From the NCBI RefSeq assembly GCF_963921235.1, contig NC_086107.1, forward strand, positions 94,862,001-94,926,000: 64,000 bases of DNA. The letters run 5' to 3'. The first letter of the stretch is position 1; each line of letters begins with the position of its first letter. This document shows, piece by piece, positions 11,766 to 24,454 of this stretch. The DNA comes from Mobula hypostoma. Lineage: Eukaryota. Made by a program: the position numbers and the translations under genes. The notes beneath the pieces are model-generated. The model did not search any database, was not told the DNA's origin, and saw nothing but the letters and a program-made list of their open reading frames with translations.

Positions 11766-13145
11766 CCATACACCCTCACCGTGGACATCTGTCCATGCAT
11801 CCACACCCTCACCGTGGACAGACCTGTCCCTACACCCACACCCTCACCGTGGGCAGACCTATCCATACACCCACACCCTCACCGTGGACAGACCTGTCCC
11901 TACACCCACACCCTCACCATGGACATCTGTCCATACACCCACACCCTCACCGTGGGCAGACCTGTCCATACACCCACACCCTCACCGTGGACAGACCTGT
12001 CCCTACACCCACACCCTCACCGTGGGCAGACCTGTCCATACACCCACACCCTCACCATGGACATCTGTCCATACACCCACACCCTCACCGTGGACAGACC
12101 TGTCCCTACACCCACACCCTCACCGTGGGCAGACCTGTCCATACACCCACACTCTCACCGTGGACAGACCTGTCCATACACCCACACCCTCACCGTGGAC
12201 ATCTGTCCATACACCCACACCCTCACTGTGGGCAGACCTGTCCATACACCCACACCCTCACCGTGGGCAGACCTGTCCCTACACTCACACCCTCACCGTG
12301 GACATCTGTCCCTACACCCACACCCTTACCGTGGGCAGACCTGTCCCTACACTCACACCCTCACCGTGGGCAGACCTGTCCCTACACCTACACCCTTACC
12401 GTGGGCAGACCTGTCCATACACCCACACCCTCACCGTGGGCAGACCTGTCCCTACACCCACACCCTCACCGTGGGCAGACCTGTCCATACACCCACACCC
12501 TCACCGTGGGCAGACCTGTCCATACACCCACACCCTCACCGTGGGCAGACCTGTCCCTACACTCACACCCTCACCGTGGACAGACCTGTCCATACACCCA
12601 CACCCTCACCATGGACATCTGTCCCTACACTCACACCCTCACCGTGGACAGACCTGTCCATGCACCCACACCCTCACCGTGGGCAGACCTGTCCATACAC
12701 CCACACTCTCACCGTGGACAGACCTGTCCATACACCCACACCCTCACCATGGACATCTGTCCCTACACCCACACCCTCACCGCGGGCAGACCTGTCCCTA
12801 CACCCACACCCTCACCGCGGGCAGACCTGTCCCTACACCCACACCCTCACCGCGGGCAGACCTGTCCATACACCCACACCCTCACCGCGGACAGACCTGT
12901 CCCTACACCCACACCCTCACCGCGGGCAGACCTGTCCCTACACCCACACCCTCACCGTGGGCAGACCTGTCCATACACCCACACCCTCACCGTGGGCAGA
13001 CCTGTCCCTACACCCACACCCTCACCATGGGCAGACCTGTCCCTACACCCACACCCTCACTGTGGGCAGACCTGTCCCTACACCCACACCCTCACTGTGG
13101 GCAGACCTGTCCCTACACCCACACCCTCACTGTGGGCAGACCTGT
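11766..13145. repeat. Minisatellite of mixed 35-bp (ccatacacccacaccctcaccgtgggcagacctgt) and 33-bp units, ~40 copies
   Basis: Directly visible; the unit has no + strand stop codon, which explains three overlapping ~500-aa ORFs. Confidence 0.98.
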
Positions 13146-13319
13146 GCCTCGGGGCCCTTTCCGATTTCATTTACCATGCGCTCAGTGAAACGAGTCATTC
13201 GCGTGAGGAACCAACACACTCGAGGACATGCTGGGGGCAGCCCGCAAGTGTTGCCACACATTCCGGCGTCAACGTAGCGTGCCCACCGGACTCAGCACAA
13301 CAATATGGCTTTGCCCTCC

Positions 13320-13840
13320 AGACCACAAGACAAAGGAGCAGAATTAGGCCATTCAGCCCATCGAGTCTGCTCCGTCATTCCACCATGGCTGATTCCAGAT
13401 CCCACTCAACCCCATACACCTACCTTCCTGCCATATCCTTTGTCGCCCCGACCAATCAGGAAACTATCAACTTGCGCCTTAAATATACGCAGGGACCTGG
13501 TCTTCACTGCAGCCTATGGCAGAGCCTTCCACAGATTTAGTACCCTCTGGATAAAAAATTTTCCTCCTTACCTCTGTCCTAAAGGGTTGCCCCTCAGTTG
13601 TGAGGCTGTGCCCTCTAGTTCTGGATACCCCCACCATAGGAAATATCCTCTCCACATCTACCCTATCTAGCCCTTTCAATATTCAGTAGGTTTTGACGAG
13701 ATCTCCCTGCATTCTTTTAAATTACAATGAGTACAGGCCCAAAGCTGCAAAACACCCCTTATATGTTAACCCCTTCATTTGCTGGAATCATCCTCGTGAA
13801 CCTCCTCTGGACTCTCTCTAATGACAGCATATCCTTTTGT
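13320..13840 (-). mobile_element. CR1 LINE 3' fragment
   Basis: KGLDRVDVERIFPMVGVSRTRGHSL plus the CR1 3'UTR (ggagcagaattaggccattcagccc). Confidence 0.9.
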
Positions 13841-13907
13841 CATGGTTAAACTTTGTGACTGCTGGGCATCAACCTCAGGACTCTCCAATCACAGGTTTGA
13901 CCGTTGG

Positions 13908-14990
13908 CCTTGACCTCAGGACTCGCTGATCAGGGTTTGATCTTCGAGCCTTGACCTCAGGACTCGCTGATCAGGGTTTGATCTTCGAGCCTTGACCTCA
14001 GGACTCGCTGATCAGGGTTTGATCTTCGAGCCTTGACCTCAGGACTCGCTGATCAGGGTTTGATCTTCGAGCCTTGACCTCAGGACTCGCTGATCAGGGT
14101 TTGATCTTCGAGCCTTGACCTCAGGACTCGCTGATCAGGGTTTGATCTTCGAGCCTTGACCTCAGGACTCGCTGATCAGGGTTTGATCTTCGAGCCTTGA
14201 CCTCAGGACTCGCTGATCAGGGTTTGATCTTCGAGCCTTGACCTCAGGACTCGCTGATCAGGGTTTGATCTTCGAGCCTTGACCTCAGGACTCGCTGATC
14301 AGGGTTTGATCTTCGAGCCTTGACCTCAGGACTCGCTGATCAGGGTTTGATCTTCGAGCCTTGACCTCAGGACTCGCTGATCAGGGTTTGATCTTCGAGC
14401 CTTGACCTCAGGACTCGCTGATCAGGGTTTGATCTTCGAGCCTTGACCTCAGGACTCGCTGATCAGGGTTTGATCTTCGAGCCTTGACCTCAGGACTCGC
14501 TGATCAGGGTTTGATCTTCGAGCCTTGACCTCAGGACTCGCTGATCAGGGTTTGATCTTCGAGCCTTGACCTCAGGACTCGCTGATCAGGGTTTGATCTT
14601 CGAGCCTTGACCTCAGGACTCGCTGATCAGGGTTTGATCTTCGAGCCTTGACCTCAGGACTCGCTGATCAGGGTTTGATCTTCGAGCCTTGACCTCAGGA
14701 CTCGCTGATCAGGGTTTGATCTTCGAGCCTTGACCTCAGGACTCGCTGATCAGGGTTTGATCTTCGAGCCTTGACCTCAGGACTCGCTGATCAGGGTTTG
14801 ATCTTCGAGCCTTGACCTCAGGACTCGCTGATCAGGGTTTGATCTTCGAGCCTTGACCTCAGGACTCGCTGATCAGGGTTTGATCTTCGAGCCTTGACCT
14901 CAGGACTCGCTGATCAGGGTTTGATCTTCGAGCCTTGACCTCAGGACTCGCTGATCAGGGTTTGATCTTCGAGCCTTGACCTCAGGACTC
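13908..14990. repeat. Homogeneous 41-bp minisatellite (ccttgacctcaggactcgctgatcagggtttgatcttcgag), ~26 copies
   Basis: Period 41 checked (13921 vs 13962); no variant units seen; diverged units flank both sides. Confidence 0.98.
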
Positions 14991-15329
14991 ATCGATTATG
15001 GTTCAACCTTCAGGCCTCAACCTCTGGATTTTCAAGCAATTCTTTCCCCTCTCTTCTAAACCTACACTCTTTAGTTTTAAGAGTCTCCCATCATTTTGCA
15101 TTTCTCATCATCAGGTCATTAAAATTATTTAGAGCAGATAAAATATATTTTAGTGGAGTCACTGCAGCAACATGGAAAATATAGCCAATCTATGCACAGT
15201 AAGTTCCCTCAACAGCAAGGAGACCATGGCTACAGGTTTTTACTTACACCAATGTTGAAGGACTACAATGTGATCGTACGATACAGAAAGATGTTATTTC
15301 AGCTCATGGAGCCTCTGCTAGCTCACAGA

Positions 15330-15610
15330 GCAGTTCCATTCTCCCATTAATTTTTATTTCCCCAAGCATTCCCATCAATGTTGCCCCCGATTCCGTCACC
15401 CACCAAAGCACAGGAACAATGTAAAGCAGCCAGTGAACCCACCAACCCGCACGCCTTTGCGACACGACAGGAAACCAGGGCAAAGCCACACGGTCGCAGG
15501 GAGGAACGTGCAAACTCCAAGCAGACAGCGCCGGAGGTCAGGATCGAACCAGAGACCCTGGAGTTGTAAGGCAGCAGCTCTACCCGCCGTGCCACCGTGC
15601 TACCCAGGGG
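15330..15610 (-). mobile_element. V-SINE (HE1-like)
   Basis: Minus strand: ggtagcacggtggcacggcgggtagagctgctg..ggttcgatcctgacc..tggagtttgcacgttcctccc (tRNA head and V-domain). Confidence 0.75.
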
Positions 15611-15669
15611 CAAGTCTCCTGCTGCTGCAGTATAATTCACACTCTCCTCGATAGGCACACCGAGGGCAA

Positions 15670-16500
15670 GATGTAGTCTAGAAGTCGCCTCTCATCCTTC
15701 TTCGCTCCAGAGAGAAAAGCCCTAGCTCACTCATCATGTCTTCATAAAACATGCTCTCTAATCCAGACAGCATCCTAGTAAATCTCTTCTGCGCCCTCCC
15801 TAAAACTTCCACATCCTTCCCATGACAAGGCAAACCTAACCAGCTGCAACTTAGCTCACAGCTCTTGAACTCAATCCCCCGACTAATGAAGGCCAACACG
15901 CAATATGCCTTTTTAACCACCCTATCAAATTGTGCAGCGGCTTTGAGGGATTAGTGGACGTGGACCCCAAGACCGCTCTGCAATCCCACACCACTCGGAA
16001 TCCCGCCACTAACTCTGTACACCATTAAATTAAGCCAACCCAACTTGCCTTTGCCTTAAATGCCAAATCTCTGTGCTCCCAGCTAAGTATTAGACAATAA
16101 GATATAGGAGCAGAATTAGGCCATTCAGCCCGTCGAGTCTGTTCTATCATTCCATCACGGCTGATTTATTATCCCTCAATGCCATTCATAGCCTTCTTCC
16201 TGTAACCTTTGACACCCTGACTAATCAAGAACCTGCCAGCCTCCGCTTTAAATATACCCAATAACTTGGCCTCTACAGATATCTGTGGCGATGAATTCCA
16301 CAGATTCCTCAGATGAAATTCTTCTTCACCTCTGTTCTGAAGTGATGTCCTTTTATTCCGAGGCTGTGCCCCCACCACCCCCTCCCCCCGATCCTACACT
16401 CTCCCACTTTTGGAAACATCCTATCAAGGCCTTTGAATATTCAAAAGGTTTCAATGAGATCCCCTTTTTCCTCGTCTTATAAACTTCTAAGCAGTCTTCT
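15670..16500 (-). mobile_element. Two CR1 LINE 3' fragments
   Basis: VKKAYCVLAFISRGIEFKS...RAQKRFTRML; a second 3'UTR starts at ~16095. Confidence 0.85.
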
Positions 16501-18619
16501 AAATTTTGGTTGGAAGTTGAACAGGAGCCTGTTTGGAGTGAAGGCTGTGGGATAACTGTGGAGGATTTTGGAGCATTTGCAGGTACCCTGGTGTGTATCT
16601 GGCCAAAGAGTGTACACTCACAGGGGACTGGAAACACTCAGCAGGTCATGCAGCATCCGTGGAGGGGAATGAAGAGTTGACATTTCAGGTCAAGACCCTT
16701 CATCTTCTCTCCTCACAGACATGAAAGGCTAGAGGCTGACCCCAGTGAGGTGGGGTCTCAGAGGCCGGCCCCAGCGAAGGGGGGGGCAGGGTCTCAGCCT
16801 GTTTACTCTCCCTCCATAGGTGCTGCCTGACTGCTGAGTTCTCCCAGCATTTTGTGCTCCAGCATCTGCAGAATCTCTTGTGCTTATATTTCTCTTCTTC
16901 ACCGGAGATTAATTCAGTGATTACAGTATCATGTTTCTACAGAACCACAATATTCTACCATTCACACTATCTACAGCCAACAGCTTCGGATTACAGCGGT
17001 GTTCTCTACCAGAACGCACACAAATCTCTGTCCTAGAAATCCCCCACCGTCCCCGTGGGTACTCCCTTCTCCCTCTCCAGGCATACACGCGGCAGGGACA
17101 CAACTCCTGAAGAGGAGAGGGCAGTCAGCTCAGGCCACACGCCGCTTGGACTCACAAACAGCCACCTTGGCCAAGCCCAGAAGTGATCGCCATCCCCACC
17201 CCGCCGTAGATCAGGAGGTGTGGGGCCGAAGTGCAGTCAGACCTTGAGAGCAGCCCCATCAGATGGCCAGGCAGAGGCTGCAACCTCTCACAGTCCAAGA
17301 CACACAGAGCTCCGACTCCTCCCCACGGCAGGTGACTGGGGAGCCCATAAACCGACTGAGGGACCTGTTACACAGAGCTGCTCTGTGCAACACTCTTACC
17401 CCAGGACCCCAGCATAAAAGGGGGGAATGCCCAGGACAATCTCCATTGCGGAGCACCCACATTGCCAGATGGCAAGACAAAACTTCCACAGTGAGTCAGG
17501 ATGGCTTAAATCCCACCTCAGTGACTCCAGTCTGCACCGACTGACCAATACTGGAGATTGGAACCCAAAAGTTGATCGAGAGTCTGGAGATCGAAACCCA
17601 CTAGCTGAGGCCTGGAGACTGGAAGCCTGGTGTTGGGAGGAACAGTCTTGTTCTGCTCTTCTTGTTCTGTGGCTTGTTGTATTCTGAGCTGTTCTGCTGG
17701 TACGTTGGTGACAGGGCATTTGGTGACACTAGCATGCTGTCCCTAACACACCCCTAGATGTGTTGGCTGTTGATAAGAGCACACTTCACTATACGTGGAG
17801 TACTGAGGGAGCTCTACCCTGCCAGCAACGCCCTTTCTCAACCCGTCAGCATGGGCGAGGACTTCCCAACACCCGGCCAGCCGTAACCTTTCACCTACAC
17901 CCTTTTGTGGGTCTCTTAAAGGTCAGATCAGATCTTGACTTCGGCTGTTAACTAGGGCTGAGTTCTCAACTCCTCCTGCTTCCTCTCTGGGCTGAACAAC
18001 AACGTGCACTCCAGACTTACCACTACCCATGGCCACCCCCCACCATTCCAGTCCCATCCGGATACACCTCCCCTCCCTGGACACCAGGAATCTTCGAGGG
18101 AATTTCCAAAGAAATTCTCAACAGGTTCATGATAACTTCTGGAGAATCCTGGTTTGGGATGTCGACCATAAGAAACAGGATACACTGAGTCTCTATCTGC
18201 CCCTTCCTTCTACTCCACTGTCTCTCTGCCCCATCCCACCCTCTTACCAGCTCCTTCTATCCCCCTTTCTTGTCCTCTCCCTTCCTGTCCCTTCCTTTTG
18301 CCTTCTCTAATATCCTCAGTTTTCAGCTTCCCTGCCCCTTCCCTTTCCCCAACTCCTCATACGTCCCCTCCCCACCTTCACCTCTCCCAACCTAGTACCC
18401 CGTTGCATTGGAGGAATTAGTGACTCTCCCCCATGTCCCACCAACCCCCACCCCCCCACCTCTGTACTGACACCAGTCTCCTGTCCAGTGTCTGGAGCTC
18501 AGGTCACTCTGGCTTCAGTTCAGTTTAGGGAGCTTTTCTGCTCTCAAGTAAAATTTGCCTGAAAAGGAGGAACAAGATTTCACCGCTACCCTTCCTTCCT
18601 TTATAAAAAGTGCAATCAA

Positions 18620-18955
18620 TGTAATTGTGGACAGGGAGAGGATGTTTCCTATAGTGGGGGAGCCTAGGACCGGAGGGTACAACTTTAGAATAGAAGGTCA
18701 TCCATTCAGAACAGAGATGAGGACGAAGTCCTTTAGCCAGGGGGCAGAGAGTTCATTGCCACAGAGAGCCACGGAGGACAAGACATTGGGTGTATTTAAG
18801 CAGAGATGGATAGGTTCTTGATTGGTTCAGAGGGTTAAGGGTTACAGGAAGAAGGCAGGAGAATGGGGTTGAGAGGGAAAATAAATCAGCCACGATGGAA
18901 TGGCGGAGCAGATTCGATGGGTTGAATGGCCTAATTCTGCTCGTACATCTTATGG
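18620..18955 (+). mobile_element. CR1 LINE 3' end
   Basis: VDRERMFPIVGEPRTGG..FRIEGHPFRTEMR followed by the CR1 3'UTR. Confidence 0.85.
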
Positions 18956-19164
18956 GATTTGACCCTACCCAGCTCACCTTTACTTACTCCTCACTTCCTG
19001 GGAGACCAAGAATGGACAAGAAATTGTCATCAGAAAATTAAACCGAGCAGTAAAAGGAATCCCACAGCAAACGAGTCCATTCCCTCCCTTCAAGGCAGGC
19101 AGATCCTTCCATCAATACTACAGGCTGGCACGATACTGACGGGGCAAGTGAAATGATTTACAAT

Positions 19165-19730
19165 GCCAGTGATTGGGGTTCAATTCCCACCTCTGGCTGT
19201 AAGGAGTTTGTACATTCTCCCCGTGACCACACAGGTTTCCTCCGGGTGCTCCAGTTTCCTCCCACCGTCCAAAGACCTACAAGTTAAGATCAGTAAGTTG
19301 CGGGCACACTACGTTGGTGCCAGAAGTGTGGCAACACTTGTGGGCTGCCCCCAGCACATCCTTGGACTATGTTGCGGTCGTTGACACATTTTACTGTATA
19401 CTTTGATGTACTTGTGACAAATTAAGCTAATCTTTAGCTCCTTTGATGTGAAACCCAGCAGTACAGAAAGGGGAGGCCATTTGGCCCACTATGTCCATGC
19501 CAGCCAACTATTTACTTATCAAGATACAATGTGAACAGGCTCTTCCGGCTCCTGGAGCCTCGCTGCCCAGCAGTTCCCTGAGTTAATCCTGGCCTAATCA
19601 CGGGACAATTTACAATGACTAATTAACCTACCAACCAGTACGTCTTTGGGCTGTGGGAGGAAACCGGAGCACTCGGAGGAAACCCATGTGGTCAGGGGGA
19701 GAACGTACAAACTCCTTACAGACAGATAGC
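19165..19730. mobile_element. Two V-SINE copies (+ ~19165-19435; - ~19520-19725)
   Basis: Conserved gtttcctccgggtgctccagtttcctcccac..tccaaagac core in both orientations. Confidence 0.75.
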
Positions 19731-19920
19731 AGCAAGTGCGCTGGTTACCTCCCAGATCAGAGTCCAGGGTCGTCAGCTCCTCAAACGCACATCCTCGTAC
19801 ATCATAAACAAAAGGGTGGGGGGGGGTTATGCCCTCACACTGCTTCAAATAACTGTAACTATTTACTTTTTCCCATCTCGTACACAGTCAGTCCTCTCGG
19901 GAACAAGACAGAGGCCTTTA

Positions 19921-20241
19921 CGAGGGGTGATTGATAAGTTTGTGGCCTAAGGTAGAAGGAGATGAATTATACAGCTCTCGTTACATGCACGTGCAGTTCA
20001 ACTCTTTGAGTGAAAATGCAGAAAGGTTGAAGATAATAACTCATCTCCTTCTTCCTCGGGCCACGAACTTATCAATCACCCCTGTTGCAGACCACTTCTA
20101 CAAAGAAGGGATCCGTATGCTCCACGACTGTTGGACTAAGTGTGTAAATGTAGGAGGGGACTATGCTGAAAAATAAATGTGCTAGGTTTTCTAAAATTGA
20201 CTCCTTCGACCTTAGAGCATGAACTTATCAATCACCCCTCG
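19921..20241 (+). mobile_element. Mariner-derived miniature element retaining the transposase C-terminus
   Basis: TA | CGAGGGGTGATTGATAAGTT ... AACTTATCAATCACCCCTCG | TA; internal DHFYKEGIRMLHDCWTKCVNVGGDYAEK* (to 20176) matches the mariner transposase C-terminal motif. Confidence 0.92.
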
Positions 20242-20317
20242 TAGCTATCCAAAAGAGAAAATCGGTTCTTCTGCAAGAATGTCTTGCATCTCAGAAATGG
20301 GTTCTTCCTGTTCACCT

Positions 20318-20605
20318 GGGGCGGCTCGGCAGCGTGGCGGTTAACACGACACTTTATAGTACCAGCAACCAGGATCAATTCCCTCCGCTGTCTGTAAGGA
20401 GTTTGCACGTTCTCTCCCTGTGACAGCGTGGGTTTCCTCTATTGCCCTTCCCTCCCTCCCACAGTCCAAAGACATACCAGTTGGTAGGTTAACTGGTCAT
20501 TGATAAATCGACCCATGATTAGGCTAGGGTTAAATTAGGGGTTGCTGGGTGGCCTGGTTTAAAGGGAGATAAGGGCCTACTCTGTGCTGTATCTCAATAA
20601 AACAA
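20318..20605 (+). mobile_element. V-SINE (HE1-like)
   Basis: tRNA-like head, ctgtctgtaaggagtttgcacgttctc..gcgtgggtttcctc, and aataaa tail. Confidence 0.8.
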
Positions 20606-20969
20606 AACTAATTTTAAAAAGTAAAAGTGTGTCCAGGTGTCATAAATTGCCCCTTTAGCCCCACGTCTCTATAAACCCCGGTAAAACCCTGTGCACTCTC
20701 TCCACTGCATTCACACTCTGACCAGAACAATGGCTGATAACGCAGTTGTGGACTAACCAATACTTCCTTTATTACTGCGACATTCTTGTATTATACCTCA
20801 TCATCACAGAACTGTCCTTACCATCAACAAAACCCTACCAAATTCCTCACCTTCCCGGTACACATCTGATTCACATTCCGGATGTTATTACCGAAGCCCC
20901 AACTCAACTACTAACCATGTTCCTCTCCGCGCCTTGCGGCACATCAGGCGGCAACCCTGCCATTTCTTT

Positions 20970-21184
20970 GCAAACAACAGGAATTCTGCAGATGCTGGAA
21001 ATTCAAGCAACACACATAAAAATTGCTGGTGAACGCAGCAGGCCAGGCAGCATCTGTAGGAAGAGGTGCAGTCGACGTGTCAGGACGAAGGGTCTCGGCC
21101 TGAAACGTCGACTGCACCTCTTCCTACAGATGCTGCCTGGCCTGCTGCGTTCACCAGCAACTTTTATGTGTGTTGCTTGAATTT
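20970..21184. mobile_element. Fold-back (inverted) PLE terminal-repeat insertion
   Basis: 80-bp arms 20999-21078 / 21105-21184 with 1 mismatch; loop holds a partial hammerhead motif; atttcttt direct repeat at 20962-69 and 21181-88. Confidence 0.85.
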
Positions 21185-21289
21185 CTTTACTATTTTGTCT
21201 GTTTTTGACGAGGCAGAGTCGCTAGCTCGATGCTCAACCCAGCACGGATGCAAGGAGCTGGCCAGATTTGAACCCGAGACCACTCGTCT

Positions 21290-22150
21290 CTCCTCGGGGG
21301 GAGGAGGAGGAGGAGCTTAGGAGGGATAATGGCACCTAACACCGACTCCTTTGTTTGCATCTTCGGAAACAGCTCTATTTCCATCTTTGATATCTCTATT
21401 TTTCCCTTTCGGGGTTCTTCTGAAGACCCTGACCTGGAGTTACATGCTGACTACCATTCTTTGTGGGAATGGGACCCGCTCTCGGGGTTTCACGACTGCC
21501 CGTTATTCGATATGCCAAGGATGCGGCCTAGGAGCTTTGCTTGCCTTTGGGGGTCCGAGATCTTGTGGCTCTGGAGACGGGCGGACTGAAGGTCAGTGTC
21601 TCTGCAGGAATTCGGCGTGTCGTGGGAGACAGAAGATCGAAAGCAGCGAGCTGGCTGCTGGCTGTGTGCCCAGAGACCCGAGCTCTTTGGGCACAGAGCT
21701 CAGAAAAAGTGACACATCGGACTTTTAACATCGTAAATCAACTTGTTGTTTCTTATGTCTTCCCTCTCGCTGTGAAATGGAGACACCACTTTTTCCTTTG
21801 TTAGGGAGAGAGAGCGAGCCTGTGGTATGTCGAATACCGGGTGAACGAGTAGTCTTTGGGGTACTGCAAGTCTGTGTCTTCGCTGTTGCTTTGCTGCACG
21901 CTTGAGTGCTTGGTGGCGGGTGCCGAAGCATTTCTTTTTGCTGGTGGGGGGCAGGGGGATCATTGTTTGCTGCCGCTTACACGCGGCGGGGGAGGGAGCT
22001 AGGGGTAGACTTTGGGGTTCTAACATTTAACTGTCATTCATTCTTTGGGGCACTCCTCTGTTTTCGTGGATGGTTGCAAAGAAAAAGCATTTCAGGATGC
22101 ATATTGTAGACATTTCTCTGACATTAAATGTACCTTTGAAAACTTTGAAG
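21290..22150 (+). mobile_element. ~860-bp non-coding retroposon with ctttgaa tail, inserted into a tRNA-derived SINE
   Basis: Ends in ..gacattaaatgtacctttgaaaactttgaa; the interrupted minus-strand SINE (21200-21290) resumes at ~22150 (cf. intact copy 26575-26722). Confidence 0.6.
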
Positions 22151-22269
22151 TCTGGTGTTGATGCCATTACGCCAACTACCAAAGCTGAGGTCAAAGCGTT
22201 CACGATGATCCTCAGCTTAGGTACCACCTGGGGCTATTTATCTGTCCTGAAGCAGGAATTTTTAAAGCG

Positions 22270-23500
22270 GGATGAGCTTTATTTGTCACACGTACAGCAA
22301 AATGCATCGTTAGCATCAAATCTAATCGGTGGGAATTGTGCTGGGCAAGTGTTGACACTATTCTGGCACCAATTCACCCCTACAATTCATTAACCGCAAC
22401 CAAGTCCTTGGAACCTGGGAGAAAGCCCACATGGTCACGGGAAAGAACGTACAAAGTCCATCCAGGCAGCGGCGGTGGGAATCGAACCCCAATCATCGAT
22501 CACTCGTGCTGCAAGCTGGTGTGCTAACCACTACCCCACCATGCTGCCGGAAGTGCACAGTTCTGTCTGGCCTTCCACAGCTGCTTGGCCTGCCGAGTTT
22601 CTCCAGCAGAGACACGACAGATGCTGGAATCCAGAGTAACAACCAATCTGCTGGAGGAACTCGGTGGGTCGAGCGGCAGCTGAGAGGGTTTCTGGTCGAG
22701 ACCCTGCTTTGGGCTGGGGGGAGGGGTGGTCACAGCCTCAGAACAAGTGGCTGACCCCCCAGGACCAGGATGGGAAGGGATTCCTTTGGAACTTCCCTCT
22801 CCCGGAGGGCAGTGGAGAATCGGTAGACGCGATTCCAGGAGGTTATGATGTTGGTGCAGGAAGGCCGCAGGGTGGCGTAGGACTAACAAGTGATCGCTTT
22901 ACAGCATCCGCGGTTCGATTCCCGCTGCTGCCCGTACACTTTACAGCATCCGCGGTTACCGGCTGCTGTTCGATTCCTGCTGCTGCCCGTATTGAGTCTG
23001 CACGTTCTCCCCATGACAGTGTGGGTTTCCCCCAGTGCTCCAGTTTCCTCCCACATTCCAAAGATGTAAGTGTTTGTAAGCCGTGGACATGTTCCGTTGG
23101 CGTTGGAAGTGTGGCGACACTTCCAGCAGATCACAAACCATGATGCAAAAAAAAAAAAGATGCATTTCATACTTTCTGCTCGATGTTGGTGACAGGTAAA
23201 GCAGATCTAATCTGGTCTGACGGTAGCGTAATGTTTACAGCCCCAGTGACCCAGGTTCAATTCTCACCACCATCCTTGAGGATTTTGTATGTTTTCCCTG
23301 TGACCGTGTGGGTTTCCTCTGGGTGCTCGCAGTCCATAGATGAGTGGATTAGAGTTAGTGAGTCGTGGACATTCTGTGTTGATATGGAAAGCTTGGCGAC
23401 ACTTGGCGGCTGCCCCCAGCACAATCCCTGCTGGTTTGATTTGACCCCAAATGATGTAGGTCACTGTATGTTTTGAGGTAACAAATAAGGCTAACTTTAA
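22270..23500. mobile_element. Cluster of V-SINE copies and a PLE-type fragment
   Basis: V-domain cores at ~23000 (+), ~23290 (+) and ~22400 (-); gatgctggaatcc..tgctggaggaactc at 22620. Confidence 0.6.
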
Positions 23501-24454
23501 TTGATGTTTTACCCCAAGGTTGGCCATGATTTCACTGAACGATCGAGCAGGTGCTGACCGAAAGGCTCTTGGTTACGTTCATGTCACAAATGCCAGATCT
23601 CAGCCCTATTTCACCCGCCCTCACTGGGGTCAGAGGTTAAGCAGCCACTTGACGAAAGGTCACAGACTGACCCAATTACTGATGCACCGGCCTATTCCCA
23701 ATCACCAGCACCATGGAGGGGCAGAGATGGGGGGTGTGCCCCCAGTCATTCTCCCAGGGCTGGAGAATCAAGGGCAAAGGTTTAGGGTGAGAAGGGAAAG
23801 ATTTAATCGGAATCTGTACAGGGAGCTTCAAACATTACAGCACAGTACAGGCCCTTCAGCCCACAATGTTGTGCCAAACTTTAAGCTAACTCCAAGATCA
23901 ATCTAACACTTCCCCACCCCCAACATAGCCCTCCATTCTTCCATCATCCACGTGCCCCAGTCTTCTAAATGCCCCTAATGTATCTGCCTCTACCACCACC
24001 CCTGAGGGGCAACAGTTTCACTCACAGGATGGCCCTCTTTGGGAATGAGCTGGTTGAGGAAGGTACATTGACAAGATTTAAAAGACACGCGGACAGGTAG
24101 ATGGATTGGAAAGGGATACAGGCTAAGTGTGGGCAAATGGGACTAGGTTACTGGTGTCTGTATGATTAAAGATGCCCTCCTCAGTGCTACGTAGCGTCGG
24201 CTCCTCACCAATACCCCAGTCACTAATGGCCAGACTGGGTTCTACCAGGGCAGCTCACTTCCAGACCTGAGAGAGTCAGAAGTCCAGGGACGGGCTGAGG
24301 TTGACTGCCACTCGACACCAAGGCGGCCTTCTGTGGCATCAAGGTAAAACAGGTGATAAGAGAATCGAGGAAAGCTCTCGTCCGATTAGGGCCACACGCC
24401 ATGCTGAAGGTGGTGGTCATTGGAGGTGAACCTGGGGCGATGGCTATGCTGCTT

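Noticed and set aside
11614..13540. Three overlapping 498-581 aa His/Pro/Thr-rich ORFs
   Set aside because: All three + frames are open only because the minisatellite unit lacks stop codons; no splice or domain evidence.
17240..17360. Possible PRR12 exon 2 (minus strand cag|tcggtttatggg, VYG-like)
   Set aside because: Wrong phase for the phase-2 donor, and the downstream residues do not match SRTSHPETD/HRQAY.
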